Source: Verrucomicrobiota bacterium (GTDB lineage Bacteria; Verrucomicrobiota; Verrucomicrobiia; Limisphaerales; J093). From it: DNA of 64,000 bases. The stretch spans positions 11,167 through 75,166 of the forward strand of contig JAKQDD010000196.1 of the NCBI GenBank assembly GCA_029556615.1. Reading direction: 5' to 3'. Made by a program: the position numbers and the translations under genes. Numbering within the stretch: position 1 is the stretch's first letter; each line of letters opens with the position of its first letter. Shown here one piece after another: positions 20,900 through 30,177 of the stretch. The notes beneath the pieces are model-generated. The model did not search any database. It was given only the letters and a program-made list of their open reading frames with translations, and was not told where the DNA came from.

Positions 20900-21633
20900 A
20901 ACAGCCCGGGGTACTGCTGCAGCACGGTGTCGATGTTGGTCGCCGTGACCAGCAGGAAGCGCCGTTCGAACTCGCGGTGCGGGTCGCTCTCGATCCCCTT
21001 GAGTTCGGCCGGCGCTCCGGGGCGGTTCAACACGGCGCCGAGGATCTTCCCGGAACGAAACGCTGTGCGCACGCTCTCCGGGTCGCCAAGCAGCCTCAGG
21101 TCGGGCAGGAGCAGGGCCCAGCGGGGGGTTGCCTGGCGCCATGCCTCGATTTGCGTCAGCCCCGCGGGGAGCCCGATCAGGCTGACGAGGATCTCCGTGC
21201 CGGGGCGGTTCCGGAGCAGGGTGTCCCAGCTCCCCTCTTCGGTCATGAAACTCAGCGGCGTCGACGCATCGGGCGGCAGCGGGACGGAGGACGGGTCCTG
21301 GCGGGCGGCGGGGGTGAGCGCCGGGTACGCTGTTCCCAGGATGGTCATCCGGCCGGCGGCGCCGGCTTCGAGGCCCTTGACGGCAGCCGTCTCGAACGCC
21401 TGCACTTCTGCGGGCTGATTGGGGAGTTGGCTGAAGGGGTTGCCCACAACGAGCACTTTTCCGCCGGGGAGGGTTCCTGCCAGATGCTCTCCAAGGATCC
21501 TCAGGGCGATGACCCGCCGGTCGACCGCCCGCGCGCGCACGGTTCGCTCGGGCGAGGCGTAGAACCGGTAGGCGATTAGGGCCACGGCAACCAGCAACAG
21601 ACCGGCTACCAGCGTGCGTGCGGAGGGCTTCAT
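20896..21633 (-). CDS. hypothetical membrane-anchored protein (downstream of the pilin-like gene)
   Basis: Start at MKPSARTLVAGLLLVAVALIAY (ATG 21633), 8 nt after the upstream stop. Ordinary amino-acid composition. No motif recognised. Confidence 0.55.
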   Translation of the reverse strand: MKPSARTLVAGLLLVAVALIAYRFYASPERTVRARAVDRRVIALRILGEHLAGTLPGGKVLVVGNPFSQLPNQPAEVQAFETAAVKGLEAGAAGRMTILGTAYPALTPAARQDPSSVPLPPDASTPLSFMTEEGSWDTLLRNRPGTEILVSLIGLPAGLTQIEAWRQATPRWALLLPDLRLLGDPESVRTAFRSGKILGAVLNRPGAPAELKGIESDPHREFERRFLLVTATNIDTVLQQYPGLF

Positions 21634-21641
21634 GATGGGTT

Positions 21642-22292
21642 TCAGCCGCCGAAGTAGCCGGGGATCGTGTCCGCCTCGAACAAGGCGTCGATGCCGAGGT
21701 TCTCGAGGCGATGGCGCGGGCAGCTTTCGACATGGCCGTCCAGGAAGAGCCCGTTGGATTTGAGCGTGTGCCGGGCGTGCACCTCTTTTTCGCTGGCGGC
21801 GCGGAAGAAGTAGAACTGCTGGGAACCGATGCCTTGGCGGCCGCGGCTGGTGGTATCGGCCACGTGCAGGTACTCGACCGGGTTGGGCAGGCTGTCGATG
21901 TGCAAATACTCCTGGAACGTGCCGCGGGTCGAGTTGGTCGGAGGATCGAGCCGGACGCCGTAGGTGCGGAACCAGTTGGTGAATTTGTGCGGGGGATAGC
22001 TGGGGCAGAGGAACACGCTGACGGTTCGGAGATCGGTGTTGGTGCTGAGGAGGCTGGCCCAGGTGGCGCCGGGGGTGAGCGGCGCATTGATCGGGAGAAG
22101 CCCGCCGTGGTCCTGGGTGTAGAGCAGGGTGGTGACCCCGATCTGTTTGAGGTTGTTCACGCACTGGATCTGCTTGGCCCGCGACTTGGCGTTGCTCAAG
22201 GCCGGCAGCAGGAGGCTCGCGAGGATCGCAATGATGGCGATCACGACCAGCAATTCGATAAGCGTGAAACCGCGCGATCGGTGGTGACTCAT
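21642..22292 (-). CDS. prepilin-type N-terminal cleavage/methylation protein with H-X9-DG motif (DUF1559-like)
   Basis: N-terminus [27 protein letters not shown]-terminal [13 protein letters not shown] gives H-X9-DG. Confidence 0.85.
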   Translation of the reverse strand: MSHHRSRGFTLIELLVVIAIIAILASLLLPALSNAKSRAKQIQCVNNLKQIGVTTLLYTQDHGGLLPINAPLTPGATWASLLSTNTDLRTVSVFLCPSYPPHKFTNWFRTYGVRLDPPTNSTRGTFQEYLHIDSLPNPVEYLHVADTTSRGRQGIGSQQFYFFRAASEKEVHARHTLKSNGLFLDGHVESCPRHRLENLGIDALFEADTIPGYFGG

Positions 22293-22443
22293 GTGTTGAA
22301 TGACGGCGCCGAAGCCGGCGGAATTCCCTCGCCAGCGATCGGCTGCCGTCTACAGTATCGCAAGCAACGCCGGGGTCAACCCATCGCCGACCCCAGGATC
22401 AGCAGACCAGACAGGCGGTGTTTCGGCGGCGGGGCGGACGAAC

Positions 22444-23850
22444 ATGCTGTTCAACTCGGATGTTTTCCTGCGGTTCTTCGCAGCGTTTCTTCTGCTGTAC
22501 TACCTCGTCCGCGGGCACCGGGCATGGCGCAATGTTCTGATCGTCGGCGCCAGCTACCTGTTCTACGGCTGGTGGGATTACCGGTTTCTCAGTCTCCTGT
22601 TCCTCTCGAGCGTCGTCGACTACTCAGTGGGCCGGAAGCTCGCTGTCACCGAGGATCCCGCGCGGCGCAAGCTCTGGCTCGGGCTGAGCCTGGTCGTCAG
22701 CCTCGGCCTGCTGGGGTTCTTCAAGTACTGCAACTTCTTCGTCGAATCGTTCGCCGCCGTCCTGGCGCAGTTGGGCCTTTCGGCGAGTCCACCCGTCCTG
22801 AACGTCGTGCTGCCGGTGGGCATCTCGTTCTATACGTTCCAGTCGATGAGCTACGCGATCGACGTGTATCGCCGGCGACTTCCGGCAACGCGCAGTTTTG
22901 TCGAGTTTCTGGCCTTCGTCTCGTTCTTCCCGCAGCTGGTGGCGGGGCCCATCGAGCGGGCGTCGAATCTCCTTCCGCAATTCCAGCGGCCCCGCGTGAT
23001 CACGTCCGCCATGGTTGGCGAAGGCGTCTGGCTCATGCTCTGGGGGATGTTCAAGAAAGTGGTGCTCGCCGACAACCTCGCGCCTCTCGTCGAGCAGGCC
23101 TACCATCCCGGGGTCCACTCGGGCCCCGTGATCGTCCTGGGGACCATCGCCTTTGCCTTCCAGATCTATGGGGATTTCTCGGGCTACTCGGACATCGCCC
23201 GCGGTCTGGCAAAGATCCTGGGATTCGAGTTGATGGTGAACTTCAACCTGCCGTACGGGGCGTCCAGCCTGCGCGAATTCTGGCATCGGTGGCACGTGAG
23301 TCTATCAACGTGGCTGAGGGACTATCTGTACGTGAGCTTGGGCGGCAACCGCCGGGGGGCGGTTCGGACCCGCCTGAATCTGCTGGTCACCATGGTGCTG
23401 GGCGGGCTCTGGCACGGGGCGGCCTGGAACTTCGTTTTGTGGGGGCTCTGGCACGGCGCGGGGTTGGCCGTCACCCGACGGGACCGTCGTGTGGCTGGAA
23501 CCGCGCCGCTGCCGGGCTGGCGACGGGGGATCGCCTGGGGGCTGACGGCGGCGTTCGTGCTCTATGGCTGGCTGCTGTTTCGGGCGGGGTCCTTCAGCGA
23601 GGTGGTGCGGCTGACGACCAGTCTGGGTCGACTCGAATGGCCGGTCTGGATCGGCAGTTACGCGTTGAATCTCGTGGTGTTCAGCCTGCCGCTCGTGCTC
23701 GTGCAGATCTGGCAGGCGCGTGCCGGGGATCTCCTGGCTCCGGCGCGGCTCCCCCTGGTGCCCCGGGCGCTGCTTCAAGGGGCGCTGTTGGGGGCGGTGA
23801 TCCTGTATTGGGAGAAGCAGGCCTCGCCCTTCATCTACTTCCAGTTCTGA
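22444..23850 (+). CDS. MBOAT-family O-acyltransferase (AlgI/DltB-like)
   Basis: Start at MLFNSDVFLRFF (ATG 22444). Polytopic membrane protein. FWHRWHVSLSTWLRDYLYVSLGGNR and GGLWHGAAWNF contain the conserved MBOAT His. Confidence 0.85.
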   Translation: MLFNSDVFLRFFAAFLLLYYLVRGHRAWRNVLIVGASYLFYGWWDYRFLSLLFLSSVVDYSVGRKLAVTEDPARRKLWLGLSLVVSLGLLGFFKYCNFFVESFAAVLAQLGLSASPPVLNVVLPVGISFYTFQSMSYAIDVYRRRLPATRSFVEFLAFVSFFPQLVAGPIERASNLLPQFQRPRVITSAMVGEGVWLMLWGMFKKVVLADNLAPLVEQAYHPGVHSGPVIVLGTIAFAFQIYGDFSGYSDIARGLAKILGFELMVNFNLPYGASSLREFWHRWHVSLSTWLRDYLYVSLGGNRRGAVRTRLNLLVTMVLGGLWHGAAWNFVLWGLWHGAGLAVTRRDRRVAGTAPLPGWRRGIAWGLTAAFVLYGWLLFRAGSFSEVVRLTTSLGRLEWPVWIGSYALNLVVFSLPLVLVQIWQARAGDLLAPARLPLVPRALLQGALLGAVILYWEKQASPFIYFQF

Positions 23851-23851
23851 C

Positions 23852-24892
23852 ATGGACCGCAGTCACACGTACGAACTTGGTGGACGCGATCTCGCGGCGG
23901 TGCTCACGCCGCCGCTCGGGGTGCTGGCGATCGCGGCGCTGCTGATCCACGGCGCTGCGGCGCTGGGCTGGCTGCCGCCGCCGCGTCCGGCGTTGGACAT
24001 GGATCGGACGGTGCTCGTCCATCAGGCGGAGGCGGCGCGCACTCCCCAGCTCGCGCGGACGGTCGTGATCGGCGATTCCTCCGGTCTGATGGACGTGTCG
24101 GCGGTTGTGGTCAGCGCCGGTCTCGAGGAGCCGGTGCGGAACCTGTCGACGCTCAGCTACGTCGATCTGCCAACGCACGCCCGGCTGCTGCGCGAGTATG
24201 CCGTCACCAACTCGGGTGGCCTGCGGGAGGTCGTCCTCCTGTTGCACCCGGAGACCCTGCGGTTGCGGGACCCGTCGAGTTATCACTCCCGGCAGGTCGT
24301 GGATTTCCTCGAGGGTCGCGACGCCGCACCGGGCCCTGGGGTGGGGACGCGTCTTTCGCTCTGGCTGGGGGGCGAACGGCTGCGGGGGCGGTGTTTGAGC
24401 CGCTGGCTGCCCGTGCCGCTCGCCGGCGAGTATGGCCGGTTCTATGGGTTCACCACCGATCTCGAACGGTACCTCGAAGCGCACGGCGGGAGCGCAGTGG
24501 ACCCACACACGTTCGACCGGCAGAAGGCGCAGGGGACCGCGGAGTACCGCCTTGCCCGTCGGTTCGAGCTCGAGAGCCGCACGTTTCGCGACCGGATGCC
24601 TTCGGCGCGGCTCTATGTGGGGCTGACACCTGCGCCCGAGTCTTTCGTGGGGGCGGACCATGCGACAGCCGTGGACCGATTACGCACCCAGTGGTCGGCG
24701 TGGCTCGAGCCTGATGGGCTGTTGACGAACCTGCCGGTCACCATGCCGGATCGTTGGTTTGCCAGCGTGACGCATTTGAACTCGGCGGGCTCGGTCGAGT
24801 TCAGCGGCCGGCTGGCTGCGGAAGTGAAACGGGCACGATCCCTCAGCGGAACTGCGGGTGCGCCAGAAGGCGGTCCCAGGTCGCCGCGCTGA
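23852..24892 (+). CDS. hypothetical MBOAT-partner protein (possible SGNH/AlgJ-like acyl-transfer partner)
   Basis: Starts 2 nt after the MBOAT stop. One N-terminal TM helix. VVIGDSSG resembles SGNH block I. Function is inferred only from synteny. Confidence 0.5.
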   Translation: MDRSHTYELGGRDLAAVLTPPLGVLAIAALLIHGAAALGWLPPPRPALDMDRTVLVHQAEAARTPQLARTVVIGDSSGLMDVSAVVVSAGLEEPVRNLSTLSYVDLPTHARLLREYAVTNSGGLREVVLLLHPETLRLRDPSSYHSRQVVDFLEGRDAAPGPGVGTRLSLWLGGERLRGRCLSRWLPVPLAGEYGRFYGFTTDLERYLEAHGGSAVDPHTFDRQKAQGTAEYRLARRFELESRTFRDRMPSARLYVGLTPAPESFVGADHATAVDRLRTQWSAWLEPDGLLTNLPVTMPDRWFASVTHLNSAGSVEFSGRLAAEVKRARSLSGTAGAPEGGPRSPR

Positions 24893-25736
24893 GGGGTGCC
24901 TGCCGGTACCGCGCCGAGGGAAGCGGTTCGGCGCTGGTCGAGCGGCGGGCCCGGCCGAGCCAGCGTCGGTCGAGCGGATCATCGAGCAACTCCGGGGTGT
25001 TGGCGGCGATCGTTGTTTGGTCCTTCTCGCCCGTCGCGCGGCCGGCGCCGACGTAGAAGCCGGCGACCAGGAGCGAGACCCTCAGGAGTGTGCTGCGGGA
25101 GTAGGTGGCCAGGGCGCAAGGCGTGGCCGGATCGAGCAACCGGTGGATTGCGGAGAAGAGACCCAGGGTCCACATGGACGGATTGCGCGCCGGCGAAAAG
25201 GCGTCGAAGAGAATGGCGTGGGGTTTGGCCCAGGCGACCGCTGCGGGCGCCCCGATCAGCGTCGGGAAATCGCCCAGGTGCAGCTCCCAATCCACCGTGG
25301 TCCTGCCAGTTTGGAGCTGGACGCGGCCCGCGGCCAGGAGTTCGCGGAGGGAGCTCTCGAAACCTCCGTAGTAGCCGAGCTCCGCAGCGTGCCCGAGTCC
25401 GAACCGCAGAGGTTCGAGCGTTCGATCGAAGCTGAGGATCCGCAGGGAACACACCTGCAAGGCGGCGGCACGGATTGCCGCCAGGGCGTTGGCGGCAGCC
25501 CCGAGGCCGACGTCCCAGACGACAAACCCACCGGCCATGGCCGCCAACCGTTCCTGGAGCCGAAGTTGGCGGACATAGAGCGCTTCCGCTTCTGCGGCCG
25601 GTCCGACGACGGGGTGGAAGGTCTCGCGCTCGGCCAGGGCGTGGATGCTCGACACGCCATTGGCGAGGCGGACAAGTCGGTAACCTTCACCCGTGTTCAC
25701 GTCGCTATTCACCCGGGTTCGGCCGTGCGCGGTCAA
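24843..25736 (-). CDS. MnmC-like SAM-dependent methyltransferase (DUF752 type)
   Basis: VWDVGLGAAANAL (SAM-binding Gly-rich loop) and ILFDAFSPARNPSMWT resemble the MnmC methyltransferase-domain signature DGF.P..NP.MW. Confidence 0.65.
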   Translation of the reverse strand: MTAHGRTRVNSDVNTGEGYRLVRLANGVSSIHALAERETFHPVVGPAAEAEALYVRQLRLQERLAAMAGGFVVWDVGLGAAANALAAIRAAALQVCSLRILSFDRTLEPLRFGLGHAAELGYYGGFESSLRELLAAGRVQLQTGRTTVDWELHLGDFPTLIGAPAAVAWAKPHAILFDAFSPARNPSMWTLGLFSAIHRLLDPATPCALATYSRSTLLRVSLLVAGFYVGAGRATGEKDQTTIAANTPELLDDPLDRRWLGRARRSTSAEPLPSARYRQAPLSAATWDRLLAHPQFR

Positions 25737-25848
25737 TGGCTAATTGATCCGACCCACGAGCGGCTCTGCCTGGAGCCTCGGAAGCGGTGGTGGTGTCCGG
25801 GCGGTCTTTTTGCTTTGCGGCGGGCCATGCGGACGATAAAGAGAGCCC

Positions 25849-26328
25849 ATGGAACCACTGCTGCGAGTGCTGCGTGAGAATGCCGCGTTGAAACCCGCCC
25901 AGATTGCCGCGCTGCTCGGCCTCTCCGAGGCCGAGGTCAAGGCGCGGATTCAGGCTTACGAGGCCGATCAGGTCATCCTCGGGTATCGCACGGTGCTGAA
26001 CGAGGAGAAGTTGGGCGTGGATTCGGTGCGGGCAGTGATCGAAGTCAAGATCACTCCGGAGCGTGAGGGCGGGTTCAACCGGATCGCTGAGCGGATTGCC
26101 AAGTACCGCGAGGTGCGGTCCTGCTATCTCATGTCGGGGGCGTACGACCTGCTGGTCGAGGTCGAGGGCGATTCCCTGCGGGACGTGGCGATGTTCGTTT
26201 CCGAGAAGCTGGCAACGATCCAGGGGGTGCTGTCGACGGCGACGCACTTCATGCTCAAGCCCTACAAGGAACAGGGCTTGTTGGTTCAGCGGGAAACCAA
26301 CGAGGAGCGGCTGCCGGTTACGCCGTAA
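25849..26328 (+). CDS. Lrp/AsnC-family transcriptional regulator
   Basis: 159 aa. N-terminal wHTH (ENAALKPAQIAALLGLSEAEVKARI) plus a C-terminal RAM/ACT-like domain (VRAVIEVKI...YDLLVEVEG). Confidence 0.85.
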   Translation: MEPLLRVLRENAALKPAQIAALLGLSEAEVKARIQAYEADQVILGYRTVLNEEKLGVDSVRAVIEVKITPEREGGFNRIAERIAKYREVRSCYLMSGAYDLLVEVEGDSLRDVAMFVSEKLATIQGVLSTATHFMLKPYKEQGLLVQRETNEERLPVTP

Positions 26329-27223
26329 GGACGATCACGCCGAGGACGGCGAGCACGCAGCCGACGAGGGATCGCGGGCCGGGGCGGTCGCCTTCGAGCC
26401 AACGGGTGAAAGGAATCACGAGGAGCGGGGTGGTGGCGGTGATCGAGAGCACGACGCCGCTGGGGGCCAGCTTGAGCCCCCACTGGTAGAAAGCGACCCC
26501 GATCGTGGGGCCGGTGAGCCCGTTCAGGAGCACCCAAGTCCACGCGCTGCGCCGCGTCGCCGTGGACATCGGCGCGCCGACCGGGTCCAGTCGCCGGGTT
26601 CTGCGCGCGTACAATTGGTAAAGGAACGGGATCGCCACGATCACCAGGCCGCCGAGGATTCGCTGGAAGGCCGCGGTGCCGCCGTCCATCGAGCCGCCCG
26701 CGGCGGCCGAGACCGCGTAGGCTTTCCGGCTGATCACCGCCCCGAGGGCCTGTCCCAGACCCGCCAGGACGCCAAACACGATGCCCGCCTGCCAGAGTCG
26801 GCGCGGGATGGGTTGATGGTGCTCCGGCGCCAGGGCCAGCGCCACCCCCGCCAGGATCACCAGGCTGCCCACGCATTGCGTCGCGGACAGCGGCGTGCCC
26901 AGCCAGCCCCACTCGATCGCCGCCCCGAACGGGGCCGCGAGACAGTTGATCATCAGACTGCTCAGGCGGGGGCCCAGTCGTGGCAGGGCTTGGAACAGCG
27001 CCACATCGCCGAGGCCGAACCCGATGCAACCGCTCAGGAAGAAGAGGGCAAAAGCGCCGCCACCGAATCCCTGGCCGACGGTGTGGGCCCAGATCGCAAG
27101 GAGAACGACCGCGACGACGACCCGGCCGAAGTTGGCCGTGTGACTGCCCAACATGCGGGCCGACCGGCCTGCCGCCAGGATCGACACCGCGAACAGCGCA
27201 GTCGCCAGAAAAGCGGGTATCAT
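26318..27223 (-). CDS. EamA/DMT-family transporter
   Basis: About 10 predicted TM helices in two halves, Gly/Ala/Leu-rich. Convergent with the Lrp gene, with an 11-nt overlap. Confidence 0.75.
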   Translation of the reverse strand: MIPAFLATALFAVSILAAGRSARMLGSHTANFGRVVVAVVLLAIWAHTVGQGFGGGAFALFFLSGCIGFGLGDVALFQALPRLGPRLSSLMINCLAAPFGAAIEWGWLGTPLSATQCVGSLVILAGVALALAPEHHQPIPRRLWQAGIVFGVLAGLGQALGAVISRKAYAVSAAAGGSMDGGTAAFQRILGGLVIVAIPFLYQLYARRTRRLDPVGAPMSTATRRSAWTWVLLNGLTGPTIGVAFYQWGLKLAPSGVVLSITATTPLLVIPFTRWLEGDRPGPRSLVGCVLAVLGVIVLTA

Positions 27224-27347
27224 CAGGAAAACGGTCCGTGGGTAGCAGGGGCCGACCGACGGATGCGATGCAAGTGCCGCTGGTTCGGGAGTTCGTGTCG
27301 GGCCGCGTCGAGCAGGGTGGCGGGGCTCGGGGTCGACCCGCCGGCGG

Positions 27348-28856
27348 TCATTCCTGGAGCTTCAAGCGTGTGAAGACCGGTTCGAGGGCGGCCCTCCATC
27401 GCGCGTAACCGGCGGCGTTGGGATGGAGGAGGTCGGGAAACTCGTCCGGCCGGGCGTTGCCTTCGGCGTCAGCGAACCCGGAGTAGGTGTCGCACCGCAC
27501 AAAGGACGGGGACGCTGCGACCCGTCCATCGACGAGCTCGTTGATGCGGCGGATGGCGTCGGCGGGTCTTTGCTTGCTCGGGTGGCTCGGCATGACCTTG
27601 CAGACCACGACGGGCATGCGGGGGTTGTGTGTCCGGCAGGCTTCGAGGATATCGCCGACGTTAGCGGCAACGTCTTCGGGCCGGCCGTTTTCCTCGAGGT
27701 CATTCGTGCCGATCAGGAGGACCACCGCCCGGGGATCCAGGTCGAGGACATCTTCCTTCAGCCGATAAAGAACCCCGCGGGTGACGTCTCCGCTGATCCC
27801 GCGGTTGGCCACCTTGAGCCCGGGGAAATCGCGGGCGAGGCTTTCCCAGCCCTGCGTGATCGAATCGCCCAGGAACACGACGGCGCCGCGGTCCTGGTCC
27901 CGGCGGTTCCACCAGTTCAGGCGGCGTTCGCTCCAGAGTTTCCGGAACCATTCCGGTTTTCGGATGGGTCCGCGTCCCGGGAACGCGGCGTCCTCGGGAA
28001 AGCGCGCCACCGCGGGCAGGGTGGGTTGGGGCGTCTTGAGGTCGAAAGCGTCGGGTTGGCCGCGGCGCTGCGCGAACATCCACGGCAGCAACTCCGGCTC
28101 CGCGTAGGCGGCGTCCCACGAATTGTGGCCGCGGCCGAAGTACTCGAAGTAATGGGGGCGACCGCCGGCGCGGATCATGGCCTGGACCATGTTTCGTGTC
28201 CGCTGGACCTTCACGACGCCGTCGTCTTCCGAGTGGAAGGCCCAGACCGGGACGCGCGCCACGTGGTCGGTCACGGTCCGTTCGTCGCCGCCGCCGCAGA
28301 TGGGCACCGCGGCGGCGAAGCGAGCCGGCCAGCGCGTGATGCAGTCCCAGGTCGCGTAGCCGCCCATCGAGAGTCCCGTGACATAAAGGCGGTTGGTGTC
28401 GGCCATGGGAAACTCGAGGGCGATGGACTCGACGATCTCGAGGGCCAGGCGGAGCGGCAGGCTGGGCTGGGCCGGGCGTGTGCCGGTGTCGCCGTCCCAC
28501 TGCATTTCCACCCAGCGCTGGCCGGCCGGGCACTGGGGGGCTATGACGAAGCAAGGATGCTGAATCCGGGCTGTGGGCTGGAGAAAAAGCCGGGTGCCAT
28601 GCGTGAGTTGCGCGGCATTGTCATCCCCCCGTTCTCCGGCGCCGTGGAAGAACAACACCTGCGGGTACTGCCGCCCCGGTTCCGCGGCCGCCGGCGTCAG
28701 GAGCCGGTACGGAAGGGTCTGGCCTGCTGCGTTCGTGTGAACCCGGGGCTGGTACTCCTGGGCATGGGTGCCGAGCGAAAGTGCCAGGACCAGACTCAGG
28801 CGCGCAACCAGGCTGGCGACAACGGTTCGTGGGGGGCGATTATTCATGAGGCGCAT
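27348..28856 (-). CDS. secreted bifunctional alpha/beta-hydrolase esterase + SGNH/GDSL hydrolase
   Basis: N-terminal half: VLFFHGAGERGDDN and the nucleophile elbow VTGLSMGGYATW. C-terminal half: VVFLGDSITQGW, LLIGTNDL, DLLHPNAAGY (SGNH blocks I, III, V). Confidence 0.75.
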   Translation of the reverse strand: MRLMNNRPPRTVVASLVARLSLVLALSLGTHAQEYQPRVHTNAAGQTLPYRLLTPAAAEPGRQYPQVLFFHGAGERGDDNAAQLTHGTRLFLQPTARIQHPCFVIAPQCPAGQRWVEMQWDGDTGTRPAQPSLPLRLALEIVESIALEFPMADTNRLYVTGLSMGGYATWDCITRWPARFAAAVPICGGGDERTVTDHVARVPVWAFHSEDDGVVKVQRTRNMVQAMIRAGGRPHYFEYFGRGHNSWDAAYAEPELLPWMFAQRRGQPDAFDLKTPQPTLPAVARFPEDAAFPGRGPIRKPEWFRKLWSERRLNWWNRRDQDRGAVVFLGDSITQGWESLARDFPGLKVANRGISGDVTRGVLYRLKEDVLDLDPRAVVLLIGTNDLEENGRPEDVAANVGDILEACRTHNPRMPVVVCKVMPSHPSKQRPADAIRRINELVDGRVAASPSFVRCDTYSGFADAEGNARPDEFPDLLHPNAAGYARWRAALEPVFTRLKLQE

Positions 28857-29331
28857 GCTGGGGTTGAAGGCGGCGAGCGGTTTCCTCGAGGAGTTTTTGG
28901 AACGATCCGCGCCAGTGGACGGCGTGTTCTTCTTCCATCACGGAGTCACCGGGATACTGGACGGTCGCAGCCCGGCAGGAGATCAGGAGGGCATCCGGCT
29001 CCTGGCGGGTGATTCGCAGCCGGGCGCGGATCACGGTCTCCGAGGACAACCAGCCGCCGCGCATGAGGTTGTCGCTGAAGCTGCCTGGCTTCTCGAAGCG
29101 CAACTCGGGTCCGGAAAGCACCCGCGCCTCGTAACCGGCCGACTCGAATACCTCGGCCAGGGTAAGCCGCACGCGGCTCTCGGTCACATCGCGGATGGTG
29201 ATCGAAGCGAGCGGCTTCGAGTCGCTGCCGCCCAACGATTGGCACCCGCATCCCAGCATCAGGGTCGCCGCCAGCAGCAGCCCCCCGCAAACGGCTGCGG
29301 CACTCACACGCGGGGACAGTCGGTCTTTCAT
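28840..29331 (-). CDS. hypothetical lipoprotein
   Basis: Lipobox LLLAATLMLGC. Overlaps the downstream esterase gene by 17 nt, so probably the same operon. Confidence 0.5.
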   Translation of the reverse strand: MKDRLSPRVSAAAVCGGLLLAATLMLGCGCQSLGGSDSKPLASITIRDVTESRVRLTLAEVFESAGYEARVLSGPELRFEKPGSFSDNLMRGGWLSSETVIRARLRITRQEPDALLISCRAATVQYPGDSVMEEEHAVHWRGSFQKLLEETARRLQPQHAPHE

Positions 29332-29383
29332 CCGTGGCGCCCACGGTAAGTCGCCCTGGCCGCTGCGACAAGCGCGGACTGGG

Positions 29384-30079
29384 TCAGGGTTTCACAGCCC
29401 GATAGAACCGCGTGCGGGCGTTGGTCGCGCCCGGGTCAGTGACGGCCGTGGGGGAGGTTGTGAGCGTGATGTTCGTCACGTCCTGCCACGAGAGGAAATC
29501 CGCTGACCGCTGCACGGTGTATTGGGAGGTTGGATAGCCCGACAGCTGCAACTGGGTACCGGTCACCGGAGACCACTCGAGCGCACTCAACGAGGGGGGT
29601 TGGTTCGGATTCGCGATCCGGACCAGCACGAGCGCTTGTTCCGCCGCGACGACGGCCATTGACTCCGCCAGCGCCAGCGAGAAGGCACGCCCGCCCGTCT
29701 TCGCCGTGGCGACTTGGACCGGGGCGGCGGGGTTCGTCACATCGATGGCGACGAGGCCGCCGGTGAAATCCGCCACGAACGCCAGGGTGCCGCGGACCAG
29801 CACGTCTTTGGCCTGGCCGGGCGTGTCGAAGCGGCCGACGAGGCGGGGATGGGCCGGGTCCGCGGTGGTGTAGACGGACAGTCCGCCTTCGTTCATGGCC
29901 ACCAAGACGTGGGAGTCCACCACGTCAAGGCCGCACGGTTGGTTGTAGTCGGTTCCTGGCCAGGTGGCCGCCTTCGTGAGCGTGAGTTGCGCGGCCTGCG
30001 ACGTCGGCAGCCAGGCCAACACCAACGCCCAACACCACACCCATCGTTGCTCTCCAGCCGTGAGATCTCGCATGCCCAT
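29384..30079 (-). CDS. secreted LVIVD-repeat-like protein with a C-terminal RFYR module
   Basis: Three blade-like units (SHVLVAMNEGGLSVYTTADPAHP, GTLAFVADFTGGLVAIDVTNPAAP, SMAVVAAEQALVLVRIANPNQP). Ends ...ARTRFYRAVKP. Confidence 0.55.
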   Translation of the reverse strand: MGMRDLTAGEQRWVWCWALVLAWLPTSQAAQLTLTKAATWPGTDYNQPCGLDVVDSHVLVAMNEGGLSVYTTADPAHPRLVGRFDTPGQAKDVLVRGTLAFVADFTGGLVAIDVTNPAAPVQVATAKTGGRAFSLALAESMAVVAAEQALVLVRIANPNQPPSLSALEWSPVTGTQLQLSGYPTSQYTVQRSADFLSWQDVTNITLTTSPTAVTDPGATNARTRFYRAVKP

Positions 30080-30177
30080 TGACGTAGCATGCTACTCGGC
30101 GACCAGACAACGGAAACCTCGAATCGTGCCTCGGTCTGCTCTTTGCCTATGGGAAAGGCCATGCTAGATTCCGGGGC